In this document: positions 50,101 through 63,519 of the stretch, one piece after another
Position numbering within the stretch: the first letter of the stretch is position 1
How the letters are laid out: each line of letters begins with the position of its first letter
NCBI GenBank assembly: GCA_964016885.1
Contig: OZ024745.1
Span: 13,764,001 to 13,828,000, forward strand
Length of the DNA stretch: 64,000 bases
DNA from: Eledone cirrhosa
Lineage: Eukaryota
Direction: 5' to 3'
Program-made: the position numbers and the translations under genes
The notes under the pieces: generated by a model
What the model was told of the DNA's origin: nothing
The model's database searches: none
Seen by the model: the letters and a program-made list of their open reading frames with translations, nothing else

Positions 50101-53100
50101 TCCTACCGTCTTTTAAAAAAAATTTAACACTGGATAGTGTTGTTATGGATACACTACATGAAGTATGTTAGTGTCCTTTTTACTATTCTGTTGTAGAGGA
50201 AGGCTAGGACAGATGTGGGGGAGTCTGATCTCAGAATGCTGGACCTTACAAAGAAAATATAAGACCACCACACATGGTAATATACTGTACAGCCAAAGAC
50301 ACATGAAACCCATGCAAGCATGGAAAACTGGAGTAAAGTGATTTATAAATTTGGCACAAGGTTATAAATATGTAGGCAATGGATGTAATACTTTAATCAA
50401 ACCCTAGTATGTAACTGGTACACTGGAAGGATTAGAAACAAAACCTAACAAGGATTTCAATTTAGAACATGAAGAGATGTAAATAGTTTCTGATTCCTGG
50501 ACTGGGTTATGTGTTGTGTTCTTGAGCAAAACACTTCAAGCCAGAGAAACTGTGAAAAGCACCAGCCTGATGAGCCTCCAGGCTAAAGACAGACTTTAGA
50601 CTTATTACACTAATATATAACTATATAACAATCCTTAAAAACATAGAAAAATGAATGCAAAATGATGATGTTGCTGATGATAACAGCAAGTATGGTATGG
50701 ACCCGGAGTTATTGGGGTGCCATATTGACACAGTGTTTCTGAGGGCATTTTAAAATCTGGTGGAGCCCATCTCTCCAGGCCTGAATACAGCAGATTTCTT
50801 CCAGAGATATAGAGGAAGAATCTACCTCAGTACGAGACTGGTACTTTTTTTATTGACCTCAAATGGATGAAAAGCAAAGTTGACCTCGTCAGTGTTTGAA
50901 CAGAGATCCAGAATAAATACCACAAAGTACTGTCAGACATTCCAACAACTCTGCCAATTCACCATACATAACATGATTTAAATTAATTTTCATAATTAAA
51001 AATTTAACTTGTAAAAGTACTTACCAGTGGCAGGCTCCTCTTCTTCAGGTGGTAAACCACGTTTAGCTCTTTGGCGATCTTTGACCTTTTTAAGACGTGT
51101 TGCGATCATAGCATCACGCTTTGCTTTTAACATCCCCCGCTTGCTTCTTTCTTCTTTTGTCTGGAATAAAGTTAGAAGTCATTAACTTACCCAAACAAAA
51201 TATCACAGTATTTACTACAATCAATTTTTGTGTAGTTTATTGAAAACAAGAAGAGCAACACTCATAACCTTTGCAAGCAAGGCCTGAACCTGGATATTCA
51301 AAGTCTGAACCTGAGTATTCAAAGCCTGCACCTGGTTATTCAGCACTCAAGGTTTGTCCTATAATGTGTATCCCATTCTCCCGTATAATATAATTTCAAC
51401 TTACAGTTTCAAGGTATGTTCAGGTCAGAAAATGTAGAAATAGAAAATTCAGATGACTAGAAGGCTACAACCCAATAACAGCTAAGTGATTAGTGAATGG
51501 TCATATATTTAGCTGGTCTCTCAAGGTGTTTAGTGAATGGTCATATATTTAGCTGGTCTCTCAAGGTGTTTAGTAAATTAGTGAACAGTCATATATTTAC
51601 CTGGTCTCTCAAAGTATTTAGTAAATTCATTTGTTCCTTTCTTTCAGTTTCTTCTTTAGAAAACCGGAAATAACCGACTCCATGAGTTCGAACCTCTGTC
51701 AAGAAAAACAAAAATTATTAAACTATTTTTTAGAGATTTAAAAAATTAAAATGTTTAATTATTTAAAGTTTTGAGTAAGACAAGCATTTAAAACAAATTT
51801 CATTATTAGAATTTAGTGCAGAAAATTTTCATTATTTAGAATTTAGTGCAGAAAAATAATTGTTTCCACTTTGGCACAAGGCCAGCGATTATCCCAGTAT
51901 ATTACTGGTGCTTTATTTTATCAAATCCGTAAGGATGAAAGGCAGAATTAACCTCGGCAGAATTTGAACTCAGACCATAAAGGGCCGTAGCTCTATGTTG
52001 CAAAGCATGGCGTCTGACCCTCTACCGATACTGCCAATCCACCAAAAAGTGTTTAAGACAAGAACTGTGAGAAGAACATGTGAAATAGATTGCCTGAATG
52101 GCCAGGAGTCTCTCTAGAAGTTGGTGTCAGGTTTTCTTACATATTTGATCTAATCAGCAGTAGGGAAGCTAAAATAAAAATCGGCTGGAAGAAGTTAAGG
52201 GAACTGGTACTTCTGCTGACAACAAAGGGCTTCTTCAGAGAGAAGGGTAGCTGTATGATGCTTGCATGTGAATTGCAATGCTACATGGCAGTGGGACATA
52301 GGCCTTATCTGCATAAAACTTGCGAAGGCTAGAAAGAAATGACGTGAACATGCTCTGGTGGATGTGTGATGTTAGTATGTATGAAGAAACGAAGCCTGCA
52401 TGCGCCGATGGATGTGTAATAGTAATATACGCAAACGGCAAACCATAAACGAATTGAGAGAGACTGAGCATAAGAGGAATCAAATGCTGTGTGCAGGAGA
52501 GGAGGTTACGTTAGTATAGACATGTGATGCGTATGAAGGATGACAGCTGCATAAAAAGATGCAGAGCACTAGAAGTCGATGGAAGCCACAGAGTGGGGAG
52601 ACCCAGAAAGACCTGGGATGAGGTGATAAAGGCTGACCTTACCCAGTTGCACCTCTTAAGAGCAATGTCACACGACCGTGACTTCTGGCGTCATGCAGTA
52701 ATACAGAAGACCCGACTTCCCACAGGAACAAGCCGAAGCTGAAGCATATAGACAATATGCCCCCACCCCCTCCCACTGCAAAGTGGTTGTGGAGGTGCCA
52801 CGGCAAAAAAGCACCCAGCCCATACTTTAAAGTGGACGTGTAGGCGCCACGGAAAAAAAGCACCTAGCACTCACTGTAAATGAGGTTGGTGTTAGGAAGG
52901 GCATCCAGCTGTAGAAATCAAGCAGAATCAGTTCCCGTATGAGCAAGACAAGGTCAGCCGACTGGACACTGTCCACAACAGGACAACCCGTCTAACCCAT
53001 GCTAGCATGGAAGAACGGACGTAAAACGGTGATGATGATGATGACGATGAACAGTATAGTATAAGTGAACTGAGAAAAACTCCCTATAAGTGGGGTGCGA

Positions 53101-56100
53101 TGCAGTGAGTAAGAGAGATGACTGCAATGGCATGGGCATGTGATGTGTATAGAAGATGACAGCTGTGTAAAGAAATGCAGAGATATCTCAGTGGTTTGGA
53201 GTCATGGAGGAGGTGGACTGAGGAAGATATGGGATGATGTAGTGAAGATCAACTGTAGGAAGTTGAATCTTACAGCAGAGATAACAAAGGACCACAACAT
53301 GCACTATTGGAGAAGAGTTGCTAGCATAAAAATGCAATGATGATAATGATGCAACATGTAGTGATGGCTAAAATCTATAGGTTTGTCCTTTAGTTTCATC
53401 TCCTTCTTCTGTAGCAACCCATCGGTGATGGTTTCTTCCCGATTCCCAGTCTCAGAAGCCCAGCCTTTTCTATTCTCATTTCTTCTTCAACCACATATTC
53501 CTGAGTCCTCAAAGATATTTAGTAGATTCATTTGTTCCTTAAGTGATCTCTCAATTCTCACTTATCCACACAAAAAACCCAGTCTATAGCAGGCTTTTTA
53601 TAAAAAAAGTGTATTAGTTACCATCAAATCTGACGTTTTCATAATGAATAGGACCAATTGGTCCTTCAACAGCCTTTCTTTCTTCAGCATCCCATTTTTC
53701 ATGTAACATCTGCCGATATCTCTCTTGTGGATCTAATGTTTCACAAGGTTCATCTGATATAGTAGTTGGTGGTTCACTCCGAGTTTCTTCAGAATTTCTA
53801 TTGTAACAACAAAAAAAAAATCATCTTAAATATCTCTGAGATAGAAATAACAAAACTGAAATGGTAGAGAAAAACATATATACTCATCATCATCATCGGT
53901 TAACCTCTATCTTCCACGCTAGCATGGGTTAGATGGGAGTTGCCCCACTTGAGGCAAGATAGGTCGGGTGACCGTGTCTCGCTCCTATAGGAATATCTGG
54001 CAGGTTTTCTATGGCTGGATGCTCTTCCTAACACCAACCACATTTACAGTGTGCACTGGGAAGCTTTTACCGTGTTACCTACCCGACCACATTACAGCGT
54101 GGACTGTGTGTTTTTTTGTCATGACACCTACGTATATACTTATACATCAAACATTTACAGTCCTTGTCATCATTATTTTACGATGCTGGCATGGGCTGGA
54201 CAGATCGTTGCTATCCAAACCAGTATTTATGCAAACTAACTGTCCTCCTAGATGAGCCAGGTAACTATGTCTCATCATCATCATCATCACCATTTTCCAT
54301 GCTAGCATGGGTTGGACGAGTTGTCCATTTGTGATACAAGTCAGATCAGGTGACTGTATCTTGTTCATACAAAACTGTATCTGGCCTGGTTTCTACGACT
54401 GAATGTCCTTTCAAATGCCAATCATATTTACAGCATGGACTGAATGAATTCAAATATATTCCATTTTGCTTTGGTTTCTACAGCTGGACACACTTACTAA
54501 CACCAACCACTTTACAAGTATAATGAATTCATCTTATCATAGCACCTGCACTAGAGAGGTTGTCTTGTCCTTAATGAGACAGAAGAGACCTCTTTACCCT
54601 TTTTAGCTACATGTCTTTGAGGTTCTGTAGGTCCAGTAAGGTGCTTGGTGGTTTATCAAATTGTATTTTTGTGAGAAAAGGTGCAACTTATACACAATTA
54701 AATAATATATTATAATTGTTTCTACTTTTGGCACAAGGCCAGCAATTACCCAATGCATTACTGGTACTTTATTCTATGTAAATAATATATTATAATGTTT
54801 TACCAACACCTATTTGATAAGAATAAAGGTGTTTTATTAACTTAACAAATTATTAACTCTAAGGAGGCACATGGCTTAGTGGTTAGAGCATTGGTCTTGC
54901 AATCAAAAGGTTGTGAGTTCATTTCTCAGATCGGGTGATGTGTTGTTTCCTTGAGCAAGACACTTTATTTCACATTTCTCCAGTTTACTCAGCTGTAGAA
55001 ATGAGATGATAGGGACTGGGGTCCCTATTATTCCACTGTAAAGTGGTCGTGAAGGTGCCACGGCAAAAAAGCACCCAGCACTCACTGTAAATGAGGTTGA
55101 TGTTAGGACGGGCATCCAGCTGTAGAAATCAACCCAGAATCAGTTCCTGTCCCAAGCAGGGAAAAAGCGGACGTAAAATGAAATGATGATGATGATGATG
55201 ATGAACAGATTTGATTGAGAAAATAAGAATAATTTACTTGGCAGGAAGTAAACCCAATTTTTTATCTCTATTCAGCATAGATTTTAAATCTTTCTTCAAA
55301 CATGTCCGAGTCCTTCCCAAACTGTCTGTATACTCAGTCCTATAAGATATAATATACATATAGTAATATAGTTAATACAAAACAATTTGAGATGTGTAAT
55401 AAATAACTGATAAAGCCAGTACAATATGGTATATTAATATATATATAGTAGTATAGTTAATATGAAATAATGTGAGATATGTAATAAATGACAGAAGTTT
55501 AAGAAAGCCAGTACAATATGGTAGAAATATATAAAGGATAAAAGATATTTTTTAAATGAGCAATGCAAAAGAACTGACAATTCTTTACCATTGTTCTTCA
55601 GGATCATCAGTTGAGCTATCAAATTCTTGATCCGATTCCTCTGATGAAACCTCATTCTTTTCACAAGAAATTTTATCAATGGCTTTCTTTTCAAAATCGA
55701 CAAGGAACCTTTGGCTTCCATCTTCATCTAATATCAAGCAAAATAATAGAATTAACAGCAAATTAAGTATCTGGTAAAGTATAGCACAATGATTAGGTAG
55801 ATAACCTATAGCTCTAATAATGCTTTCTTTATTAACCACAAGGGTTTACATAAAGTAGACATTAAGGACAGTACAGGACAATCCTATAGCTCTAATAATG
55901 ACAAGTTAAAATACTGACTTCCTTTACTATTAGATTATAGCTTTAACCTTTTAGCATTTAAACCAGCCAGAATTCTCTCAACTCTTTCTGTTTAAACCCG
56001 CCCTAACTGGCGACTCATACCAATGATAAGGTATTGTTCTCAATATAAATAACATCAAAATCACATAGCGTCGATATTAAGTAAGATAAAGCCTTTACCA

Positions 56101-59003
56101 CAAAAATACAATAGTAAATATAGAGTAATGTAAATAGTAAAGAGTTAAGCAAGGCATACTTTTCTACGTATTCAACCATTTTGATATGAAACTACCTGAA
56201 ATCACCCAAGGTTCTATGATATAAACCTATTTATTTTGATATCTATCTAAACACTTTCAATCATAATTTTATGAAAGAGCCTTTGTAAAGTTACTAACTT
56301 CATAATGAGAAAAGTAGTTATTTTACTAATTCCCTCCAAATCTTTAATTTTCAAAATTATTTGAACATCACAAGCAATGACTTTCATTAGGAATATAGTA
56401 AGAAAAGGTTTAATCAATATAGCTGACATTGAGGCAGATCCAGCTGGTTTCCTAGAACGTAACCCAGGTTCAGTGTTGGGTTCATCAGTTTGAGCCAGAG
56501 ACCAAGAGTCAATCCTACTTTATCACTCAATATAATGGATTAAACAAACAAAAAAAAAACAATTCACTTTACAAACAAACAATAAATACATACCAGGAAT
56601 ATTCCTATCATTAACTAGTTTTTCATAAAGTTGACTTTTCAATTCAAGGGCTTTTCTGGAAAAGAAGTATTTCTTTTCAGTATATATATATGAAGAAAAG
56701 TTAAAAATAACCATCATTTTTTTACATTCATTTTCCATGTTGGTATGAGCTTGACAGGTTGTCAGAGCATTCTGGTATGAGTTGAATAGGTTGTCAGAGT
56801 ATGTTGGCATGGGTCGGATAAGTTGTCAAAGCTCAAATGAATTCTTATTTAGATATACTGCCCACCTAGACATGACAGAGAACCAAGTCTTACTTATATA
56901 TTCCATTTCTGGCACAGTTTCTACAGCTAGGTGTTCTTCCTAATGATAACCACTTTAGAGAGAATACCGGATGTATTTTTTCATGGCACCAACACTAGTG
57001 AGGTTGTCATGACCTCAACAAGACCAAAGAAGTTTTTTTCTAATTGACACAGTTTTCATTTAATCGTTAACCCCACTAAAGAATCTACTATGTGTATTTT
57101 GTTATTGAAAGATATTAAAAATCCTGAGCTTTATGGTTTGTGTGTGTAATTTCATGACAATAAAAGATAGAAAAATCATCAATTATGTACTTTTAGACAA
57201 GCCTGAACCATTCTTACATGTTCTGATATACAGTAAGTCCCCAACTTACAAACAAGTTACGTTCCAAGACTTATTCCTAAGTTGATCATCTAATACAGTA
57301 CGTACCAGTAAGCTCATATATGTTACATTGATACTGCAGGTTTCCAAGAGTGATATATATACAGTATATGGAGGTATAGAAACATATAATAAAGAGAAGG
57401 ATCTGTACAATCCATGCAAGCATGGAACAATGAATGTATGATGATGATGATGATGATGATGATGATGTATACTAAAAATTGTCTCACCGAGATTTTTCTA
57501 ATGCATTTTCTTCTTCTTTCTTATCAACAAAATCCTTTTTAGCTCGTTCAGCAACTCCCTTGTTTGTTTTACTCCATATCGTTGTTTTCTAGGGTATAAA
57601 AGTAACACAGGTGAACACAATATAAAGGTGATACAGGTGAACATTATTGATCAATAATGATGTGAAATTAAAGGTAGTGTCATAGCAAGTGGATATCAAC
57701 AACATGTATTGACAGGGGTAGATGAGGGTGAAAGGTGAAGGTAGATCAGGGTGGAAGGTATAGTTAAAGTCTGTCTCAAGCCCAGAGGCTCATCAGGCTG
57801 GTCCATTGCAGGTTTAAACCCCCAGCCATAGCTGGTACTCATTTTCAGCTGAGTATACTGGAACAACATGAAATGAAGTGTTTTGCTCAAGAACACAACA
57901 CACAAGCCAGTCGAGGGACTGAACTCATGACATCATGATTGTAAGTCCAACATGCTTACTACTAGGTCACATGTCTCTACTGTGGAGGATATAGGTAGAT
58001 GAGGATGGAGATTGGAGGGTATATGAGGTGAAAAGTATAGGTAGATCAGATATCTTGCTAATGTAGTTTCATGCAGTACATGATTGAATCATCATCATCA
58101 ACATCTTTCAAGAAATAAACAAGTAACTTACTTTTGTTGTTGTTTTCCCTTTAATACAATTATATGATCCACTCTGAAGTTTTTCTTTTTTGAACTCTTC
58201 TTGTTTCCTAAAAAGTTCTGCTTTTAATTCAATCAACTGCAAAAAGTATTTCACCAAAAGTAAAAATTAGAAAATGAAATCAACATTTATAATAATAATT
58301 GTTTCTACTTTTTGCACAAGTGCATTACTGGTACTTTATTTTATCGACCCAGGAAGGATGAAAAGCAAAGTTAACCTCGGCGGGATTTGAATTCAGATCA
58401 TACAGGGAGGTAACTCTATGCTTCAAAGCATGGCGTCCGACTTTCTACCGATACTGCCAATCCACAGGAAAATTATTGTGTGCAGTGCTCAGGTGCACTA
58501 CAACTATTTAACAAAATACTTTTTTAAAAATCATAAGCAAAATAAAATGTATTAAAGGTAAATTATTTATAAAATTAGTTCTTTAAAGTAGATTTATAAG
58601 ATTTATATAATTCCTGAAGGAGATACGACGTTTCTGGGGCATTTTAAAACCTGGAGGAGCCCATCCCCATACAGCTGATTTCTTCCAGAGAAGAATAGAA
58701 AGAGTGACAGCAAGGAAGTGAGTTAGAGATATAGAGAAATAATCTACAGAGTGTACTGGGTATATTTTATCGTGTTACCATCTACATTTTCTAACTGAGG
58801 ACATGGCAACCTACCCAGTGATGGTGTCACGATAGAATGAACCCAATACAGAAAGAGAGCGGAGCCTGCGAAATGGATCTGGTGAATGCTACGAGACATT
58901 TTAATTTTTTTTATTCCGAGCTCTGTTGTCAATGATATTTAGGAGTCCATAACATAAAAACTCGAATTAAGAAAACGAAAATATCTCGTCACTAGATTCT
59001 TTA

Positions 59004-59060
<57 letters not shown>

Positions 59061-59180
59061 AGAGGCTGTATAGTTGGTGGATAAGGTGTATTTGTAAATA
59101 AGAGGAAAGCACGAAAGGGAGAAAATTTTCCTTCATCAGTTGTCTGCTGGGGATCACGGTTATATATATACACTCCCTGG

Positions 59181-59211
<31 letters not shown>

Positions 59212-59693
59212 AAAGTTAAACAAGGTTCAATGAATAAATCAAAGAATGAGTTTTACAATAGATTGGAAGCACCCAACAAGAGTGGTTTTCCAGAGTTATT
59301 AATATTAATTCAAAATATTAACAAAATAGATATTCTTGTGATCAAGTATATTTTATTATACATATTTCAGAGGTACTGAGTTAAGTTCAACAGTACGTCC
59401 TCATCAGATAAAATAAGATGATGCATGACATACCCTGACATAGTAGATGGTTAAGATTCAGCCATGACTGAATCTTAACCATCTACTATGTCAGGGTATG
59501 TCATGCATCATCTTATTTTTTATTTCGAAATATATTGTCAATGGTATCCTATTTTATACAATTATAAAAATATCAAAACGTTACAATTGAAAAATATTAA
59601 AAGTCAATTCCATAAATATTCCAAGTCTAAAAGTTGAGATGAAATTAAGTCCAATAATCCATTACATACCCCAGCTGAACTAATATTCGACAT
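47195..59693 (-). CDS. CCDC174: Coiled-coil domain-containing protein 174 (C3orf19-like), 11 exons, 567 aa
   Basis: Exons 59693-59670, 58236-58132, 57588-57488, 56655-56594, 55727-55589, 55339-55238, 53797-53622, 51695-51601, 51160-51025, 48721-48608 and 47844-47195. All introns are GT-AG and phase-consistent; total 1704 nt. Motifs: LIELKAELFRKQEEF, IWSKTNKGV, FLVDF, WTEYTDSLGRTR, GPIHYENVR, GVGYFRFS, REWDIGK and EFAPP. Confidence 0.92.
49087..49867 (+). mobile_element. 5'-truncated RTE-clade LINE, antisense in a CCDC174 intron
   Basis: ORF 49087-49524 plus a 3'UTR and GAT tail; same family as 8057-9310. Confidence 0.9.
51857..52043 (-). mobile_element. SINE family A copy
   Basis: Colinear with the other family A copies. 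Confidence 0.75.
52100..53345 (+). mobile_element. Nested RTE-type LINE fragments (younger copy at about 52385-53048 inside an older one)
   Basis: MRMKDDSCIKRCR...GRPRKTWDEVI plus a 3'UTR and GAT tail. A more degenerate RTE peptide resumes at about 53050-53340. Confidence 0.75.
54699..54796 (-). mobile_element. 5'-truncated SINE A 3' end with an 18-bp flanking direct repeat
   Basis: taaataatatattataat at 54699-54716 and 54779-54796. Confidence 0.65.
54862..55203 (+). mobile_element. Composite SINE: tRNA-type head, CORE-like domain and RTE-derived tail
   Basis: The head reads tggcttagtggttagagc...gagttc. The tail matches the RTE 3'UTR at about 52825-52935 and ends in (gat)n. Confidence 0.8.
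58294..58465 (-). mobile_element. SINE family A copy
   Basis: Colinear with the other family A copies. Confidence 0.75.
59351..59413 (-). ncRNA. Type I hammerhead ribozyme motif in CCDC174 intron 1 (sense orientation)
   Basis: Minus strand: TTTTAT CTGATGA GGAC-GTACTG-(12 nt)-CAGTAC-CTCT GAAAT ATGT ATA ATAAAA. Stem I is 6 bp, stem III is short, and the predicted cleavage triplet is AUA. Confidence 0.6.
59410..59519. repeat. Perfect fold-back, 52-bp arms and 6-nt loop
   Basis: 59410-59461 is the exact reverse complement of 59468-59519. Confidence 0.92.
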
Positions 59694-59973
59694 GTTGGTT
59701 TCTTTTCAAAATAATTCTCTGATCACCGTTTGCCATAAGTAAAGTTGTTGTCGTAAAGCTTTGTTTACATTTACACACCAAGTTTTTTGGGGTTTTTTTT
59801 AAATAACAAATTTTTATTATATCACTATAATGCACATTAAGTATACACATATTTTCTGCATGTTAGACTCACTTCTTAGTTAAATACTATAGTATATTAA
59901 CTTTAACAACGAATTTTGTGTTTACGTCATTTAATAAGAATTGATTTTCGTCTGACTATTATAACCTTGTATT

Positions 59974-60162
59974 GGGCAGTGGATTGGTAGTATCGGTAGA
60001 GAGTCGGATGCCATGCTTTCCAGCATAGTTACGTCCCTTTACGATCTGAGTTCAAATCCCGTCGAGGTTGACTTTGCCTTTCATCCTTACGGGGTCGATA
60101 AAATAAAGTACCAGTAATGCACTGGGTGATTGCTGGCCTTGTGCTTAAAGTAGAAACAATTA
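59974..60162 (+). mobile_element. SINE family A copy
   Basis: Full-length copy, gggcagtggattggtagtatcgg...aagtagaaacaatt. Confidence 0.78.
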
Positions 60163-61044
60163 ATGTTTCACATGAAACTTACTGAAACTTAGATGTTGTA
60201 GTGTCTTTGTCATTGCCAGTTATTTTAGTAATGTTTTAATTGATATACGGAACACAGTCGCCCAAGACCGCTGTCTCTCTACATATTTGATCTTATTAGA
60301 TATATAACTTTTGTTCTGTCAACTGTCAAAAACTATTTTCTTTTCATCTATGTAATATTTATAAGGCCAGACCTTCACCTGCTGAGGCCCTTCTTTAAAA
60401 GATATTATTATTTTTCATATTAATGATAAAGAATAGATAATGTATATACAGGGTATCCCAAACACATTTATACACATTTTCATTAGAATGCTGTGGAAGT
60501 GTATATACATTTTGGGTTTTAAAGAATAAAAGCTAATGATAAAAAATTTTGTTTAATATTTTGTAAAATGAGGTCCTCGAAGGTGTGTGGCCCTAAGCTA
60601 TATCTTATTTACCTTCTGGGTAGGTCCAGCACTGAATGTTTATAGGAAATTATCTCACTAAAATAGACCGTAGGTTGCTACTAAATATAAGAACTAACAA
60701 AATTAAACTAAGCTAGGTTATTCATATTGTGTCGCCCTCTCCGTGTACAAACACTTCATTTTCTTTCTCTTAACATTTTTACCATTTACATTACTCTATA
60801 TATACTATTGTATTTTCCCATAAAAGGCTTTACCTCACATAATTATCTCCCATAATATCGAATCTATGAGATTTTTATATTATTTATTTTGAGAACAATA
60901 CCTTAACATCAATATGAGCGGCCGGTCTGAACAGAAAGAAGTGAGAGAATTCTGGCCGGATATGGCCGGTTTAAATGCTAAAGAGTTAGACTAATGCAGA
61001 GATCCAGCTCACATTACCTTAATTCCTCATTATGAATTGTCATT

Positions 61045-61400
61045 TAAGTTCAAATCCCGCAGAGGTTAACTTTGCCTTTCAACTTTTCAGGGTCGATAAA
61101 ATAAAGTATCAGTAACATACTGGGGTCGATTTAATCGACTTTCCCCTTCCCTAAAATTGCTGGCCTTGTGCCAAAAGTAGAAATATTATTATTAGTAGTA
61201 ATAAGGGTAGTATCGGTAGAACGGCGGACAACATGCTTTGTGGCATATAGTTACGTCCCTTTAAGTTCTAAGTTCAAATCCCACTGAGGTTAGCTTTGCT
61301 TTTCATTCTTACGAGATCAATAAAATAAAGTAGCAGTAACGCCATGGGGTCGATTTAATTGACTTTCCCCTCCCACGGCTTTGTGCGTAAATCATAAATC
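61045..61400 (+). mobile_element. Two adjacent SINE family A copies
   Basis: The body motif is present twice. Confidence 0.65.
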
Positions 61401-62714
61401 ATAAATTGCCATCTAGTCATTTTTCCCTCAGACACATAAAATATGCGTAGGCCTTTCAAACCTCAATAATTAAGTCTGAAATGGAAGCTGTTTAATGAAC
61501 TGTTAATTCGAGATTTCCTTCACATTTAGGTATATTGGTATATACCTAACTGAAGATATACCAATATAAGTTAGGTATATTGCTATTTTGAGGACCCTTC
61601 AGTCGTGCCAAGGACATGACGACCTCTCTAGTGTTGGTCTCTTCTTCTTCCCCCACTTATTCCTAAGGAGGTCGTAGGTGGGGGGAGTCCTCAAACACTC
61701 CTTCCAGCGGGTCCTCTCAGAAGCAACTGTCTCCAACTGATCTGACTGAATCCCCAAGCGTGACCAGCCAAGCTTTATTATCCGACCATCTTGCTATAAC
61801 ATCCATGTTTTGGTGATTTCTACCATCAAGTGGTAGAGAAGTACAATCACCTACCTAACTTTGTTATTTTTTACTGAAAATTTCTCTGCTTGTCTGTTTT
61901 GAACTCTGCATGTTATTTCAGCTTAAATGTTATTCCAGCTTAACCTTAAATCTATCTCCCAGCCTAATCCTAAACCCTTACCTTAACCTATAACCTTAAC
62001 ACTGACTCTAAACCTTACCCTAACCATTAACCCTAATCCTAACTCAATAGGTAGTATGTCTTGCTCAGATTCACTTGACTCTCTGTTGCCATCCAATTCT
62101 ATTGTTCATCATATTCAGCAGGTCAGAGAGATTGCAATTTATGTCATCACAAATCTGCTTGATATAGGTCTTGGCTTGTCGTCCTCTACTAGCTCTAAAC
62201 CCTACCCTAAATGCTTACCATAAATTTTTCTTTTTACTTTTATCGGAGGGGGTTGCAAAGTGTAATTTCCAATGTTTGAAACAGAAATCCAAAGAAATTT
62301 TCTTGAAAATAATATAAAAACCAAAAATAGTTATAAGAGACTGTCTGAAGGTTGGTTCTAATTTATTTAATTAGTAATTTGATCATCCACTGAGGCAATG
62401 TCTTCTCCATCCTGATGACTAGGACCATGAGGCATTTTGTCGCTTAAAATATGCTGCTAAGAAGGCTAGAGTGAATATAAGTGTGGTGAAGACAAATGCA
62501 TGTAGAATTCTAATTTTAAAAAAATAGTAAGTCAAATTCTTAAAAGATTGTAGCTTGCAATCCCGGAAACTAGCACAACTCATTACTTTTAGCCCAATCT
62601 GATAACTACCAAACAGTGGCGGACTAGGTCTAAAAATATTGGTTACCAGGAGATAAAGGGGGCCCACCCACATATAGAATGCTATGATTTAATTTTTATA
62701 ATGAATAAATAACA

Positions 62715-63203
62715 TTTTCAAAAAATACATAAGTGAAAACAAAACAGTGCAATCAAATTTTTGCAGAACAAAATGTGTATTTTTTTTACTAATTTTAGTG
62801 TATATATACTGTATATATTACTGGCAGTATACAGTAATACTAAATGTTAATACAGAATGTTATAATTGAATTTTTAAATAATTGTGAGTGTATAGTATAT
62901 TGTTATTTAGAGTAGAGTGTGCAAGTGATCGTTGTTACCTTCTCCAATAAAAAATATAAAGTACCTTGCGAAATATATTCACCCACTCACTCAATATATA
63001 TATCTGGGAGTGTGTGTACATGTACATATGTATATATAGATTTATACATACATGTTTTCAACCTGTACAAGGGACTTTAGACTGAAGAACTGACCACTAA
63101 TTGATTTTGCATATGTCTTTAACACATTGATATCAAAATTATTTGGCCAACAGCTTGTGTCTATGTGTAAGTATATATATATATATATGTGTGTATGTGT
63201 AAG

Positions 63204-63240
<37 letters not shown>

Positions 63241-63395
63241 ATCCATGTATGCATACATGAATGAATACAGTAAGCTATAAATGTAGACAACCAGTGATTC
63301 CAACTGTTAGCACTATCATATACTTTGGTTTCTATTAATTCCTAGGGAATTGTTTGACCAAATGCTTTGCTTATTTGTTTATTTATTTTTTAAAA
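62715..63395. repeat. Inverted copy of the 26545-27345 dispersed repeat
   Basis: Direct sequence match on the opposite strand; lacks the internal fold-back. Confidence 0.8.
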
Positions 63396-63519
63396 TTTGT
63401 TATGCTTTTTCTAAGACTTTTTTTAAAAGATATTTTTTGAAAGCAAAGCATTGGCCCCTAAAATATTACAGTGGGCCTTGCAATGAGAACAATCTTCAGG
63501 CTTTATTTTATTACTTTTA

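Noticed and set aside
50560-50600. CTGATGA-GCC...GGC hairpin (also minus strand near 57770-57800)
   Set aside because: Both copies lack the GAAA box and stem I/III pairing.
61940-62045. Interstitial telomere-like (TAACCC)n
   Set aside because: Short and highly degenerate; more likely part of a dispersed repeat.
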